Part shown: piece by piece, positions 47,427-56,280 of the stretch | Position numbering within the stretch: the stretch's first letter is position 1 | Layout: every line of letters starts with the position of its first letter | DNA from: a virus | Virus record (IMG/VR): IMGVR_UViG_3300036760_000150 | Coordinates: 32,001-96,000 of that record | DNA: 64,000 nucleotides | Reading direction: 5' to 3' (one strand) | Notes under the pieces: model-generated | Told to the model about the DNA's origin: nothing | Databases searched by the model: none | The model's input: only the letters and a program-made list of their open reading frames with translations | Program-made: the position numbers and the translations under genes

Positions 47427-48830
47427 GTGCAAGAAGTCATTCAGAAAATCGAAGAACTTAGGAAGGCGCTGGAAGCGGGTGGGATGAACGCCGCTCCCGG
47501 AACACTGACTCAAGGGTCTGCGCTCCAACACGAAGACCTCAGTGCAGTGATGAACGTCACCACATTTGAAGACAAACACATCAAGCTGCAGAAGAAGTTC
47601 AAAGTCGTCCCCGCCAAAGGGACGATGGTCCAGTACAATCGTCAGCTTGACCGTGGTATCTTCGGCGGATCTGCCGTCATCGAGGGTGCTGTCGGAGACG
47701 AGAGCACATCGACGTATGTGCGTGAGATCGTCAACATGTGCTACTACGCTGAAGTGCGTAGGACCACAGAGCAAGCCAACCTCATCGAGTCTTTCGACGG
47801 TGTCAAAGCCGATGACAGGGTCGAGCAGGATGCAGCTCTCAAGATCGCTGGCGACGTCGAGTTCGACCTCTTCCGAGGTAAGTCGATGTTCTCCAACGGT
47901 GGGGTGTTCGACGGCCAAGGTTCTGCTATCCCTCAGAACATGCCTAACATCCTCGGTCTCGACCCTCTCATCAGACGGTCAGACATCCTTCAAACTACAC
48001 AAGACCTCATGTTCAACGAGTATGGATCTGACGGATCTATCCAGTTCAACCAAGCTGGTGTCCTGTCTCAGTCCACTATCGAAGACATGTACGCTCGCTC
48101 CAGCATGAACCTCGGTATGGCTGACTGGCTCGGACTTGATCCTTTGACCCACAGCGGGTACAACAAGATCAGTCACGCCAAAGAGCGTATCGTCCTCGCT
48201 GGATCGCCTCAACAAGCTACTGGTGCAAGCCTGAAGGAGCAGTGGGTCGCTGGTGGTGCTATCACCGTCGAGTCCAGTCGCTTTCTCTCAGCCAAGACCA
48301 GCCCTGCTCGTCCTAAGATCGGATCTCCTGCAGCCCCAACACATGCTGCCGCTGACGGGTCTCCATCGGGCACATCGTTCATCGCTGCTCAAGTCTACTA
48401 CTACCGTGTTACCTCTGTCAACGAACGTGGTGAAAGCTCTGCTTCAGCCGCTGCCTCGTTCACGGTTGCGACCTCTGGTAACAGTACCGCGCTCACGATC
48501 ACCCCTGCTGGCGGTGTCCAAGCACTGTACTTCAACGTCTACCGCTCGAATGCTGGTGAACCTGCATCGAAGGTTCGCTTCATCGGTCGCGTCGCTAACA
48601 GCGGTGCTGCTACCACGATCTTTACCGACCTCAACAACAGACTTCCAAACGGCGTCACGGGCTTCCTGCTCGATATGCGCGGTATGGAGATGCCTGAGTT
48701 GGCCAGCTACCGATCGAAAGAGCTTGCTAGAACAGACTTAAGCAATCCCAAAGTATTTTATCGCTTCACAACCCTTGCGGTAAAATTACCAAGGTTCAAC
48801 TGCCTTGTTGATAACTTGCTCCCAAGCTAA
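47427..48830 (+). CDS. major capsid protein (Herelleviridae-like, with inserted FN3/Ig-like domain)
   Basis: KALEAG..GSALQHEDL, QYNR, E.DLF.G, YYYRVTSVN..GES, FNVYR; strong codon bias. Confidence 0.9.
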   Translation: MQEVIQKIEELRKALEAGGMNAAPGTLTQGSALQHEDLSAVMNVTTFEDKHIKLQKKFKVVPAKGTMVQYNRQLDRGIFGGSAVIEGAVGDESTSTYVREIVNMCYYAEVRRTTEQANLIESFDGVKADDRVEQDAALKIAGDVEFDLFRGKSMFSNGGVFDGQGSAIPQNMPNILGLDPLIRRSDILQTTQDLMFNEYGSDGSIQFNQAGVLSQSTIEDMYARSSMNLGMADWLGLDPLTHSGYNKISHAKERIVLAGSPQQATGASLKEQWVAGGAITVESSRFLSAKTSPARPKIGSPAAPTHAAADGSPSGTSFIAAQVYYYRVTSVNERGESSASAAASFTVATSGNSTALTITPAGGVQALYFNVYRSNAGEPASKVRFIGRVANSGAATTIFTDLNNRLPNGVTGFLLDMRGMEMPELASYRSKELARTDLSNPKVFYRFTTLAVKLPRFNCLVDNLLPS

Positions 48831-48855
48831 TTAAGCGTATAATCTAATAGATATC

Positions 48856-48887
48856 AAGACCCTGGCTAAACACCAGGGTCTTTTTTT
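48856..48887 (+). terminator. rho-independent terminator after capsid gene
   Basis: AAGACCCTGG/CCAGGGTCTT stem plus T run. Confidence 0.9.
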
Positions 48888-49040
48888 GTTTAAAATTTGA
48901 CTTCAGACTTGCCTTTTAAGATCAGGTTGTGCTAGTATATTTAATAAGGGGTTATCACCCCTCAAGGCCCCAATGCCAAGGCTCCTTTCTCAGATCTGCC
49001 GAAGTGTTGGGGCCTTTTGTTTCTATAAGGAGTTTTACGT

Positions 49041-49229
49041 ATGGAAACACCGAATGATCTTCTCTCTTACGCCTTAATGTATGCCAGCAGAGGGTGGCCA
49101 GTGTTCCCTTTGCACTCATGGACAGGGCAACGATGTTCATGTGGGAGAGAGGACTGTCATAGTCCCGCCAAACATCCAAGAACACATGATGGCTTTAAGT
49201 CTGCCACCAAGGCACTCTCTTCGCCTTGA
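49041..49229 (+). pseudogene. truncated bifunctional primase-polymerase N-terminus
   Basis: YASRGWPVFPL..CSCG..DC.SPAKHP...GFKSAT then stop after 62 aa. Confidence 0.75.
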
Positions 49230-49466
49230 CCTGAATCTGCCTTAAGTACGTTTTTTTATCATCTGTTCTCGGCTGACCTCGACGAGCGCCATGTCACCTT
49301 GTAGAATAGGAAAAAGGAATGGCAAGGAGAGAAATGACGTTAGTGACGCATGTGACAGCTGCTCAGGGTTGTTACCCAATAGGCATGAAAGGGTAAGAAG
49401 TGAAGGGAGAAGGTATTTCTACTGTCATGCGCGTCATCTCACACACTGCCAATGACTTAGATCCCA

Positions 49467-50238
49467 GTGTTAACGAAGAATCCAATCACTGTGTTGTGTG
49501 AAAAAGGTCACAGACGAGATGTAGAGAAAGCAGTGAATATTTTTCTTGGTAAGTCCTGTCCATCATGTGCTAATGTTGGTACATCCAAGCCCGAAGAAGA
49601 TCTAAGAGGATGGTTGACTGCTTTAGGTGTTAAAACAGAAAAATTCTCGTTAAAAGATGAGAGTAATGCACATGTACGAGGAAGAAGGTCTCAGATAGAT
49701 ATTTATATTCCAGATCATAATCTTGGAATCGAATACTGCGGTCTCTATTGGCATAACGAAGATTCGCCCCATCCAAGGTGCTAGCTCACTGCATAAGATA
49801 GCTTTCGGGTTATATCACAAAGATCTTCTTATCGGAGTAATCACTGGCGGCAGGCACAGTAGAGTCAACTCGGGCGAGTTACTTGTCCTTGATAGGTTAT
49901 GTTTTGCCTACGACTATTCTGTTGTCGGCGGCTCATCTAAACTGTTCTCATATCTGTTAGAATGGGCTAAAAATAATAATTACAAGCAAATCGTCAGTTA
50001 CTCAGACAGTCGATGGTCGGAAGGCAACGTATACGACAAGCTGGGCTTTATGTGTACTAAGATTTATAAATCGGATTACAGTTATGTCAAAGGACAACAA
50101 CGATATCCTAAACAGCAACTCAAATTAACACAAGATGAGCGACAACTTGGAATCCCAGAAAATGAATTACGTAAAACTCAAGGATACCGTCGCATCTGGG
50201 ATTGCGGCAAGAAACGATGGGTTTACTATATCAATTAA
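49467..50238 (+). pseudogene. degraded Hef-like homing endonuclease (two frames, internal deletion)
   Basis: CP.C..TSKPE, IDIYIP...GIEYCGLYWH in one frame; LDRLC..VVGGSSKL..SYSD.RW..RIWDCG in another. Confidence 0.7.
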
Positions 50239-50630
50239 TCTTCCCTTACCAGTGTCTCAAAACCTCTAGAGATGTACCTGGCCTCCTCATTTTTCATGAC
50301 GGCTTCACATAGTATGATGCCGTTTGCTAACCCATGGTGGTAGTTGTCACATTGCGCGTTACCTACTTGGTTGTCACGCAGGCTACCTAAATCACTGATT
50401 CTATCTAGCAGTACCATCAGGTTGTATGCCAAATCCTTCGCATCTTCGTAAAGATCTGATCCTGGACCGCAAGGCCCTTCTTTAGTCTGCTCCAACTTGT
50501 TGACGACACATTCTAAGTGTCGACGCATGTCATCTGTTGTCATGGGGCCTCTATTGGTGGTAAATGGTTCAGGCCGTCGGCCTAACTGGCGGTTGTCCTG
50601 AGCCTCATTTGTGATTTTTGATCTGTACAC
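50235..50630 (-). CDS. hypothetical protein
   Basis: ORF with SD. Confidence 0.55.
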   Translation of the reverse strand: MYRSKITNEAQDNRQLGRRPEPFTTNRGPMTTDDMRRHLECVVNKLEQTKEGPCGPGSDLYEDAKDLAYNLMVLLDRISDLGSLRDNQVGNAQCDNYHHGLANGIILCEAVMKNEEARYISRGFETLVRED

Positions 50631-50632
50631 GT

Positions 50633-51088
50633 CTATCTCCTTAGCTGAAGACCCTTGGTCTTCGTGAAACGTGCCATGTCTGAGAGGATACTATGATCGA
50701 CCGGCAGCCGCAAGCACGTCGCCATGGTTATCGCAGCTGCGTTGGCATGGATCTCTTGCATCTTGTTTGTCACTGTCCCCTCAGGCATCCAGTAGAGCAT
50801 TATGGCATGACCTATCTCGTGGAGTATGACGAGCTGTTGTGCCGACTTGTTGTACGGCATCTCGTCTCTCAACCATATAACTCCGTTGCCGAAGTAGATC
50901 GCTATGTTGTTTTTCGGGTACCTTGCCGTTATACCAACGGACTCTGGGGTAGGACCAACCTTGATGTCAAGGCCAAGCTCCATAGATAATGTGTGTACTG
51001 CAGGTGAGATCTTGGTTTTGTACAGCTTACCTAGAGAACTTCTTGATGTACTCCGCTGCGTCTTCGTGCGGCTCATCCTTACCCTCAC
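50633..51088 (-). CDS. ImmA/IrrE-like HExxH metallopeptidase
   Basis: ILHEIGH...QEIHANA. Confidence 0.65.
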   Translation of the reverse strand: MRVRMSRTKTQRSTSRSSLGKLYKTKISPAVHTLSMELGLDIKVGPTPESVGITARYPKNNIAIYFGNGVIWLRDEMPYNKSAQQLVILHEIGHAIMLYWMPEGTVTNKMQEIHANAAAITMATCLRLPVDHSILSDMARFTKTKGLQLRR

Positions 51089-51377
51089 CCTTTCGTACTA
51101 TATAGATCTCAACCCAGTTGTCTCCTATTGGCATTACCTGGATCTGGTACGAGACCGAGTTGCATGTACCGAGAAAAAATAATATGGCTGCCACTAACTG
51201 TTCTGTGAGAGTCTGATAGTCTACAGCAAGCGCCATAGATGTAAGTGCGCAGTCTATCGCGTTTTGTACGCCGCGTCTGTACTCCTCATCTCTCTCATCT
51301 GTGAAGTATAAACCAGACACATACTCAGGTGCACACTCCGAACACTCTGTTACGGGCCAGTCTTCGTCGTCAGCCAT
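51027..51377 (-). CDS. hypothetical protein
   Basis: GAGG SD before MADDED. Confidence 0.55.
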   Translation of the reverse strand: MADDEDWPVTECSECAPEYVSGLYFTDERDEEYRRGVQNAIDCALTSMALAVDYQTLTEQLVAAILFFLGTCNSVSYQIQVMPIGDNWVEIYIVRKGEGKDEPHEDAAEYIKKFSR

Positions 51378-51540
51378 ACTTGTACCTCTTACCACATCGA
51401 CAGACGATCATCTTCACCGGCATGCCGACGCGGCCTCTCACCATCCTGAGCTTGTCCATGCCGTGGTCACATTTGGCCACATCGAAGATCGTAGACTTTT
51501 TGACCACGTCTTTCATCTTAAGGAAGTCGTTGTAGTGCAT
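51370..51540 (-). CDS. 56-aa Zn-ribbon-like protein (not in ORF track)
   Basis: MHYNDF...KCDHG...VCRCGK; fills the gap and is coupled. Confidence 0.5.
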   Translation of the reverse strand: MHYNDFLKMKDVVKKSTIFDVAKCDHGMDKLRMVRGRVGMPVKMIVCRCGKRYKYG

Positions 51541-51542
51541 CA

Positions 51543-52550
51543 TTATCCCCTTTTGTTCTCGTCACTGCTATAGTCATTTGAACCTATGCCCATACGTCCT
51601 CTACCTGAGTCGTCCGACTTAGGTGAGTACTTCATCTTACCCAGCCTGTTGATCGTCTCTTGTGTCGGCATGCCGAGGCAGAAGATGCTCACGATCATGT
51701 CTCTGAGATGGGCGAACGTGAATCCTTTGGTGACAGTTGCTAGGTTGATATGCTCAACCTCACCGGTCTGCTGGTTAGTCTCCTTGTGGATATGGTTGCC
51801 TTCCCCTAGTTTATGCTCGATGTAGAACTGTCGAGCTTCCTCGCTTGGGTACCCGATCTCCACTATCTTGTCGAACCTAGACGGTCTGTTTACGAGTCTG
51901 GGAGGAAGCTTCTCTGGGTAGTTCGTGGTGGCGATGTACACCACGTTGTCGGCCTGAACTGATCCGTCCAACAAGTTCAACAGGTGGTGCTCGTTACCGT
52001 GCATCAAGATGTCGTCAACATCCTCTAATAGGACCAAGATCTTCCTGTTAGGCTCTACCTGTCTGATAACTCTCATGGCCTCTTCAAGAGTCTGAGGGTT
52101 CTGTGACAAGAACACAAGCCCATCCTGCTTGTTGATCATCTCCTGGGCAACCAACGACACGGTGCAGGACTTCCCGCCACCCGGAGGTCCCCACAGTAGA
52201 AATCCTCGTTTGTGGACGAACCCGTACTGCTCGAACTTAGGCTTAAGACTCCAGAACTTGTCTATCTCGCTCAAGATCATGGCACTCTTGCTGTCTGGGA
52301 ACTTCAGTAGGTTGTCTGTGACGATGTCTTCGCGAGAGAAGACTATCCCTGCATTGTCTATCATGAGTCGGTACAACGCAGACGGCATCTTGTCTACAGT
52401 CTTGGTGGCTGGTCTGTAGTACTTACCGTCTAGGGTTGTGTACTGGACGAACGAGGCGGCACGTTTGGCCTGTACGAAGTCTTTTGTGCTTGATATCTTG
52501 TCATTTTCGCCAACGATCGTGGGTATAGCGACATTTTTCAGTTCATCCAT
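51543..52550 (-). CDS. single-domain AAA+ ATPase
   Basis: WGPPGGGKS, LEDVD, LLNLLDG, ATTN, RPSRFD. Confidence 0.9.
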   Translation of the reverse strand: MDELKNVAIPTIVGENDKISSTKDFVQAKRAASFVQYTTLDGKYYRPATKTVDKMPSALYRLMIDNAGIVFSREDIVTDNLLKFPDSKSAMILSEIDKFWSLKPKFEQYGFVHKRGFLLWGPPGGGKSCTVSLVAQEMINKQDGLVFLSQNPQTLEEAMRVIRQVEPNRKILVLLEDVDDILMHGNEHHLLNLLDGSVQADNVVYIATTNYPEKLPPRLVNRPSRFDKIVEIGYPSEEARQFYIEHKLGEGNHIHKETNQQTGEVEHINLATVTKGFTFAHLRDMIVSIFCLGMPTQETINRLGKMKYSPKSDDSGRGRMGIGSNDYSSDENKRG

Positions 52551-52556
52551 CTCGTG

Positions 52557-52790
52557 TTACTCCTGTCGAATGTTGTTTAACACCAACGACATGGCGTCTG
52601 CCATGGCATCTATGTAGCCGTTGTGGTAGTCGAGCTTGCGATCCCACAGCTCATCTTCCGTCATCTGGTGCACGGGTAAGGTGTGTGCGAATATCTCAGC
52701 CGACGACCTGGCCATGTTAAGGATGTTATCACGCTCGTCGGCGTCGAGTCCAGCTTGTCTCAACTTTTCCTCAGACGTCATGTTAGTCAT
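52557..52790 (-). CDS. hypothetical protein
   Basis: coupled ORF. Confidence 0.55.
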   Translation of the reverse strand: MTNMTSEEKLRQAGLDADERDNILNMARSSAEIFAHTLPVHQMTEDELWDRKLDYHNGYIDAMADAMSLVLNNIRQE

Positions 52791-53046
52791 AGCTCTCTTC
52801 GTCTTCCCAGAATTCTACATTTGATTGGTCGTCACCAAGCCGTCCTTCATCGATCTCAACCTCTTCGATGCCGTTGTTGCACTCGAAGCACAGCGATGGC
52901 GCACAACTTTGAGCCATGAGATACGCCTTTTTCTCAGAGTCGTTCATGGCCTCGAAAGATTTAAGTTCTTCTCCGGACAACTTTATATTGTTGTAGCCGG
53001 TGCCATACACAGGGAATGAGATCTTGAACGTCTTACCCTCGCCCAT
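52783..53046 (-). CDS. hypothetical protein
   Basis: AGGAG SD. Confidence 0.6.
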   Translation of the reverse strand: MGEGKTFKISFPVYGTGYNNIKLSGEELKSFEAMNDSEKKAYLMAQSCAPSLCFECNNGIEEVEIDEGRLGDDQSNVEFWEDEESYD

Positions 53047-53275
53047 CTGTCTCTCCTTTTATTCTTTTAAAGATCTTAACACATCGCGGACAATTTATCG
53101 CATCTAATGTACAATCGTCACGAGATTTTATGTCGAACTTTCCTTTTCTACCGCACAGCAGTTGATACTGAGACCTTGTTATGCGGCCTACTGTTAGGTA
53201 GGAGTAGTTAACGTTTGGGTTGTTAGGCACGAATTGAGCGTGCACAACAGAATGTTTATTTGTTCCTGTCCCCAA
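53033..53275 (-). CDS. hypothetical Cys-motif protein
   Basis: LCG...NCPRC; start uncertain. Confidence 0.4.
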   Translation of the reverse strand: MGTGTNKHSVVHAQFVPNNPNVNYSYLTVGRITRSQYQLLCGRKGKFDIKSRDDCTLDAINCPRCVKIFKRIKGETDGRG

Positions 53276-53326
53276 AATCGTTTAACTTCTGGTCAATGAT
53301 CAATGTGTGTGCACTTCAGTTAGAGC

Positions 53327-53355
53327 TTGCTTTGTATCTACGTAGATGTTACGAT
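53327..53355 (+). promoter_or_regulatory. sigma70-type promoter (leaderless) with palindrome ATCTACGTAGAT in spacer
   Basis: TTGCTT-17 nt-TACGAT; ATG at 53362. Confidence 0.6.
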
Positions 53356-53361
53356 GTTGTG

Positions 53362-53598
53362 ATGAGTAAGTATGTCAAGATCGTTCTTCTTTATCTAGTG
53401 CTTCCAGTTGTCGTAGTTCTGTCTGCTCGTGTCTACATACTTGACTGGGCCACTATGTCGTTTAAGTTCGGATGTGACACTGCGGCAGAGCGTGTCTACA
53501 GGTTCAACAGCAAAGCTCTAGGTCGAGAGCTTCAGCATTTCTGTGTCGTGTATACCGGCAACATAAAGAAGGAGTTCGGCGATGGCTTCGATCACTAA
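53362..53598 (+). CDS. membrane protein
   Basis: N-terminal TM; two-Cys periplasmic part. Confidence 0.6.
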   Translation: MSKYVKIVLLYLVLPVVVVLSARVYILDWATMSFKFGCDTAAERVYRFNSKALGRELQHFCVVYTGNIKKEFGDGFDH

Positions 53599-53836
53599 AA
53601 TGTACACATATTTACTGGTAGTCATCCTTTTTCTAGGAGTTGGGTTAGGATGGTACTGTGATCATGGTCAACAACAGAGGAAGATAAGGCAAGCTTACTT
53701 CGACGCATGTTATTCTTTCATGTCAACAGCGGCGACGCAGATGGTACAAGACAACGATAAAGAAACTCTTGATGTGCTACCCTTGGATATCATCTACGAA
53801 CAATGTAGCAAATTATCTAAAGAGTACATGCAGTAG
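53582..53836 (+). CDS. membrane protein
   Basis: AGGAG SD; TM. Confidence 0.6.
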   Translation: MASITKMYTYLLVVILFLGVGLGWYCDHGQQQRKIRQAYFDACYSFMSTAATQMVQDNDKETLDVLPLDIIYEQCSKLSKEYMQ

Positions 53837-53844
53837 TACGATAG

Positions 53845-54039
53845 ATGAAGTTAATCGAGTTATGTCAATTTGTTGTCAAACCATGTGAGACCGATCTTTG
53901 TCGTCATGTTGTGTACGGCGCGATCGCTTTGGCATTTTTAGTTGTTGTGGTATGTGGCATAGGCCTGTACTCTGGTGAGTACCAGAGACGCGAGCAGGAG
54001 AGGTTTAAGAGTGTGCTTAAGCTGAGAAGGAAGAGATGA
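53845..54039 (+). CDS. membrane protein
   Basis: central TM. Confidence 0.55.
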   Translation: MKLIELCQFVVKPCETDLCRHVVYGAIALAFLVVVVCGIGLYSGEYQRREQERFKSVLKLRRKR

Positions 54040-54260
54040 CTGAGGACGGTAAGAAACTAGTATACCTGCAAGCTTACAGTCTTGCTAAGCAGTACACAAA
54101 AGGATTCTTTGCGGCTTTGCCCACCAACCATCGTTTGATGTCTCCTAAGGTGTACGATGCCGTTCAGGGCGCCATATTCAACTCTTACGTCGATGCCTAC
54201 AACCAAGGTGCACGAGACATGGAAGTGGCAAGGGCTAGGGAGCTGTATGAAACGAAGTGA
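54036..54260 (+). CDS. hypothetical protein
   Basis: ATGA coupling. Confidence 0.6.
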   Translation: MTEDGKKLVYLQAYSLAKQYTKGFFAALPTNHRLMSPKVYDAVQGAIFNSYVDAYNQGARDMEVARARELYETK

Positions 54261-54495
54261 GCTAGTTAAACACATGACCGAACACTGGTGCGGACTCTCG
54301 TTCCAGTACATACCTGACGAAGATTCGTACGACGAGGTCATGGAGAACATGGATATCATGTTAACTTTGATCGAGTTCCATGGTATGCTTCCACCTCCTA
54401 CGTTTGGTCAGATCGGCTATGGTGCTTCACAGATAAAGCATGACACCATATTCTTCCAATGGGACCCTGAAGCAGAAGACAAGCAGGATGCGTGA
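54247..54495 (+). CDS. hypothetical protein
   Basis: GGGAG SD before MKRSEL. Confidence 0.55.
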   Translation: MKRSELVKHMTEHWCGLSFQYIPDEDSYDEVMENMDIMLTLIEFHGMLPPPTFGQIGYGASQIKHDTIFFQWDPEAEDKQDA

Positions 54496-54692
54496 TGTGT
54501 TGCATGATATGTCAACTTATAGATCGTGAACGTCTAACGTATGAGGAAGCCTGGAAGGCTGCGGGTGGCGGCGAGCATATCGTTGAGCCTGAACATGCAG
54601 ACGAGTTGATCGGTAAGATCGATCGATTGTACCGTGGTGAACAAGGAGCTGCTGTAGAGCATGGCACTGAAGAAGACGAAGAAGAGTCATAG
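54492..54692 (+). CDS. hypothetical protein
   Basis: coupled ORF; CMIC. Confidence 0.55.
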   Translation: MMCCMICQLIDRERLTYEEAWKAAGGGEHIVEPEHADELIGKIDRLYRGEQGAAVEHGTEEDEEES

Positions 54693-54864
54693 GAAAGACA
54701 ACAAGGTAGACACGAAGCTAGACACGAAGCTAGACACGAAGCTAGAGTACTGCCATCACGATCCCAGCGTCAAGACCGAGGTGATCCACGAAGGCGACCC
54801 ATACATCTTCGTCTACTGCAAGAACTGCAACGAGTCGATCTACAAGTGGAGAGGGTGGGATTGA
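54661..54864 (+). CDS. small Zn-ribbon protein
   Basis: CHH...CKNC. Confidence 0.55.
   Translation: MALKKTKKSHRKDNKVDTKLDTKLDTKLEYCHHDPSVKTEVIHEGDPYIFVYCKNCNESIYKWRGWD
54707..54746 (+). repeat. 12-bp tandem repeat (TAGACACGAAGC x3.3)
   Basis: perfect in-frame units encoding DTKL. Confidence 0.9.
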
Positions 54865-54865
54865 T

Positions 54866-55111
54866 ATGTACAGAGATGGTAGACAGTACTTCTTCAAGAA
54901 CGTTCGGTTGATCAAGAGTAGGTGGATCAGCAGTTGCCTTGTCGTGGACGGTTACGAGTACAACCCGTTCTTGTTGCTTGAGATCAGTCCGAACCTGACT
55001 AAGTTCCCTAGAGGGAAGCGCCTGTGGGACAATGGCTACGTGTCGTTTGGCCTCTTTCGTCTCAAGCTCACGCTGTACGTGACCTTGACATTTCTAAGGT
55101 ATCTGAGGTAG
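54866..55111 (+). CDS. hypothetical protein
   Basis: ORF in gene string. Confidence 0.5.
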   Translation: MYRDGRQYFFKNVRLIKSRWISSCLVVDGYEYNPFLLLEISPNLTKFPRGKRLWDNGYVSFGLFRLKLTLYVTLTFLRYLR

Positions 55112-55114
55112 TTT
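55085..55114 (+). promoter_or_regulatory. sigma70-type promoter of AbrB-like gene
   Basis: TTGACA-18 nt-TAGTTT. Confidence 0.45.
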
Positions 55115-55148
55115 ACAGGTACATGTCTGTTACCATGAAGGAGTACAC

Positions 55149-55472
55149 ATGAACAACGTATTATCTATATCTCCAAGGAAGATCACGAAGAACGGGCAGA
55201 TCGTCCTGCCCAAGGCAGTGCGCGACACACTAGGCGTGAAGAACGGTGACTTCGTGTCGTTCAACATCATAGACGGCCTAGTCACCGTCACCCGAGAGCC
55301 CATCAACGAGGCTGTCCAGAGTGGTCGGTCTTTGTCTACCAAGGAGTTAGACGAGGCGTTTGACGAGGTCGAGGCGACCATCCAGAAGTCTGTGGCGATC
55401 AGCCCAGAGACCCTGACTGGTGGTCCTACAACCGCAACTGAGGTTGCGGACGACGGGTTGGCGCCGTTCTGA
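55149..55472 (+). CDS. AbrB/MazE/SpoVT-family DNA-binding protein
   Basis: KITKNGQIVLPKAVRDTLGVKNGDFVSF. Confidence 0.85.
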   Translation: MNNVLSISPRKITKNGQIVLPKAVRDTLGVKNGDFVSFNIIDGLVTVTREPINEAVQSGRSLSTKELDEAFDEVEATIQKSVAISPETLTGGPTTATEVADDGLAPF

Positions 55473-55636
55473 TGACATCAGATCATTTTAAAGTGGCACT
55501 GACCACTGCGGCGATCTTCGCCGTCTTCATTGTAGGGTATGCGTACTTCATCGGTGCCCCATTGGCACAGGCCTCGAAAGGTATGGCAGCGGCCATATGT
55601 CAATCCTGGCACCTTAACTGCTACTTTGGTCCGTGA
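55472..55636 (+). CDS. 54-aa membrane peptide (not in ORF track)
   Basis: TGATG-coupled to AbrB gene; TM segment. Confidence 0.5.
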   Translation: MTSDHFKVALTTAAIFAVFIVGYAYFIGAPLAQASKGMAAAICQSWHLNCYFGP

Positions 55637-55660
55637 CGGTTCCTGAATAAGATCAACAAG

Positions 55661-55684
55661 TTAGGGTAAAGTCTTAATCTTATT
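55661..55684 (+). promoter_or_regulatory. putative late promoter
   Basis: TTAG-N8-CTTAATCTTA. Confidence 0.7.
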
Positions 55685-55712
55685 GAAGAATCTATAAAAG
55701 AGGAGCCTCACC

Positions 55713-56123
55713 ATGAGACTAGGCCTAGTCATACTCAGCCCCTTCTCAACTCTCAACAACCTGCAGCACCTCAACCAGGCCTCTGTGTCTCAGGGCGACA
55801 CTGCTGACGTGTACTTCCAGCTCGTTGACATGGACACCATATCTGAGAGATTCCAGAGAGGTATCAGGTACATGCCAGCTTCTGGTGCCACGATGCAGGT
55901 GACCATGAAATCTATCAACGATGCGAACACGGTCGCGAAGGCAGCCACGATGGCGTTCCCTTCGGACGACAGGTCTATCTGGAAGTTCAGCCTGTCTGCT
56001 GCGGAGACGCAAAAAGTGGCCGGTGTGAACCTCAGAATCGTCTTGACAGAGGGGTCCAACATCAAGTCGGCCAACGCAACCAACGTCATATCTGTGACGC
56101 CTGCGAACCAGTTTCAGTGTTAG
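55713..56123 (+). CDS. virion structural protein (Ig/BppU-like)
   Basis: GAGGAG SD; QGDT...FQL; beta-rich. Confidence 0.6.
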   Translation: MRLGLVILSPFSTLNNLQHLNQASVSQGDTADVYFQLVDMDTISERFQRGIRYMPASGATMQVTMKSINDANTVAKAATMAFPSDDRSIWKFSLSAAETQKVAGVNLRIVLTEGSNIKSANATNVISVTPANQFQC

Positions 56124-56124
56124 T

Positions 56125-56262
56125 ATGAGTTGTCTAAACTGTGGCAAAAAGTTAAGGCTACAAAATACTATTGGATATTGTCGTAAACATAGAGGCCATG
56201 CACCTAAGGTTGTTGAATATCATAAACAATATCAACGAGATAATAAAGAAATTAAAGGGTAA
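56125..56262 (+). pseudogene. truncated HNH-type homing endonuclease N-terminus
   Basis: AT-rich MSCLNCGKK...CRKH...YHKQYQRDNKE then stop; resembles N-terminus of 22217-22954. Confidence 0.5.
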
Positions 56263-56280
56263 TAAGACAGGGGCAATTTA

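Noticed and set aside
46959-47918. 319-aa antisense ORF over the scaffold and capsid genes (and similar shadows such as 9996-10664, 16607-17302, 37030-37659)
   Set aside because: Stop-poor antisense frames arise from the sense-strand codon bias; no SD or recognisable motifs
48890-49470. tRNA or known ncRNA in the intergenic region
   Set aside because: No cloverleaf or T-loop consensus visible; only simple hairpins
49723-50238. Intact Mom-like DNA modification enzyme
   Set aside because: Better explained as the C-terminal part of a broken Hef-like endonuclease; it lacks its own credible start
54707-54746. Tandem repeat as possible mini-CRISPR
   Set aside because: 12-bp contiguous units with no spacers, in frame within a CDS; no cas genes in the window
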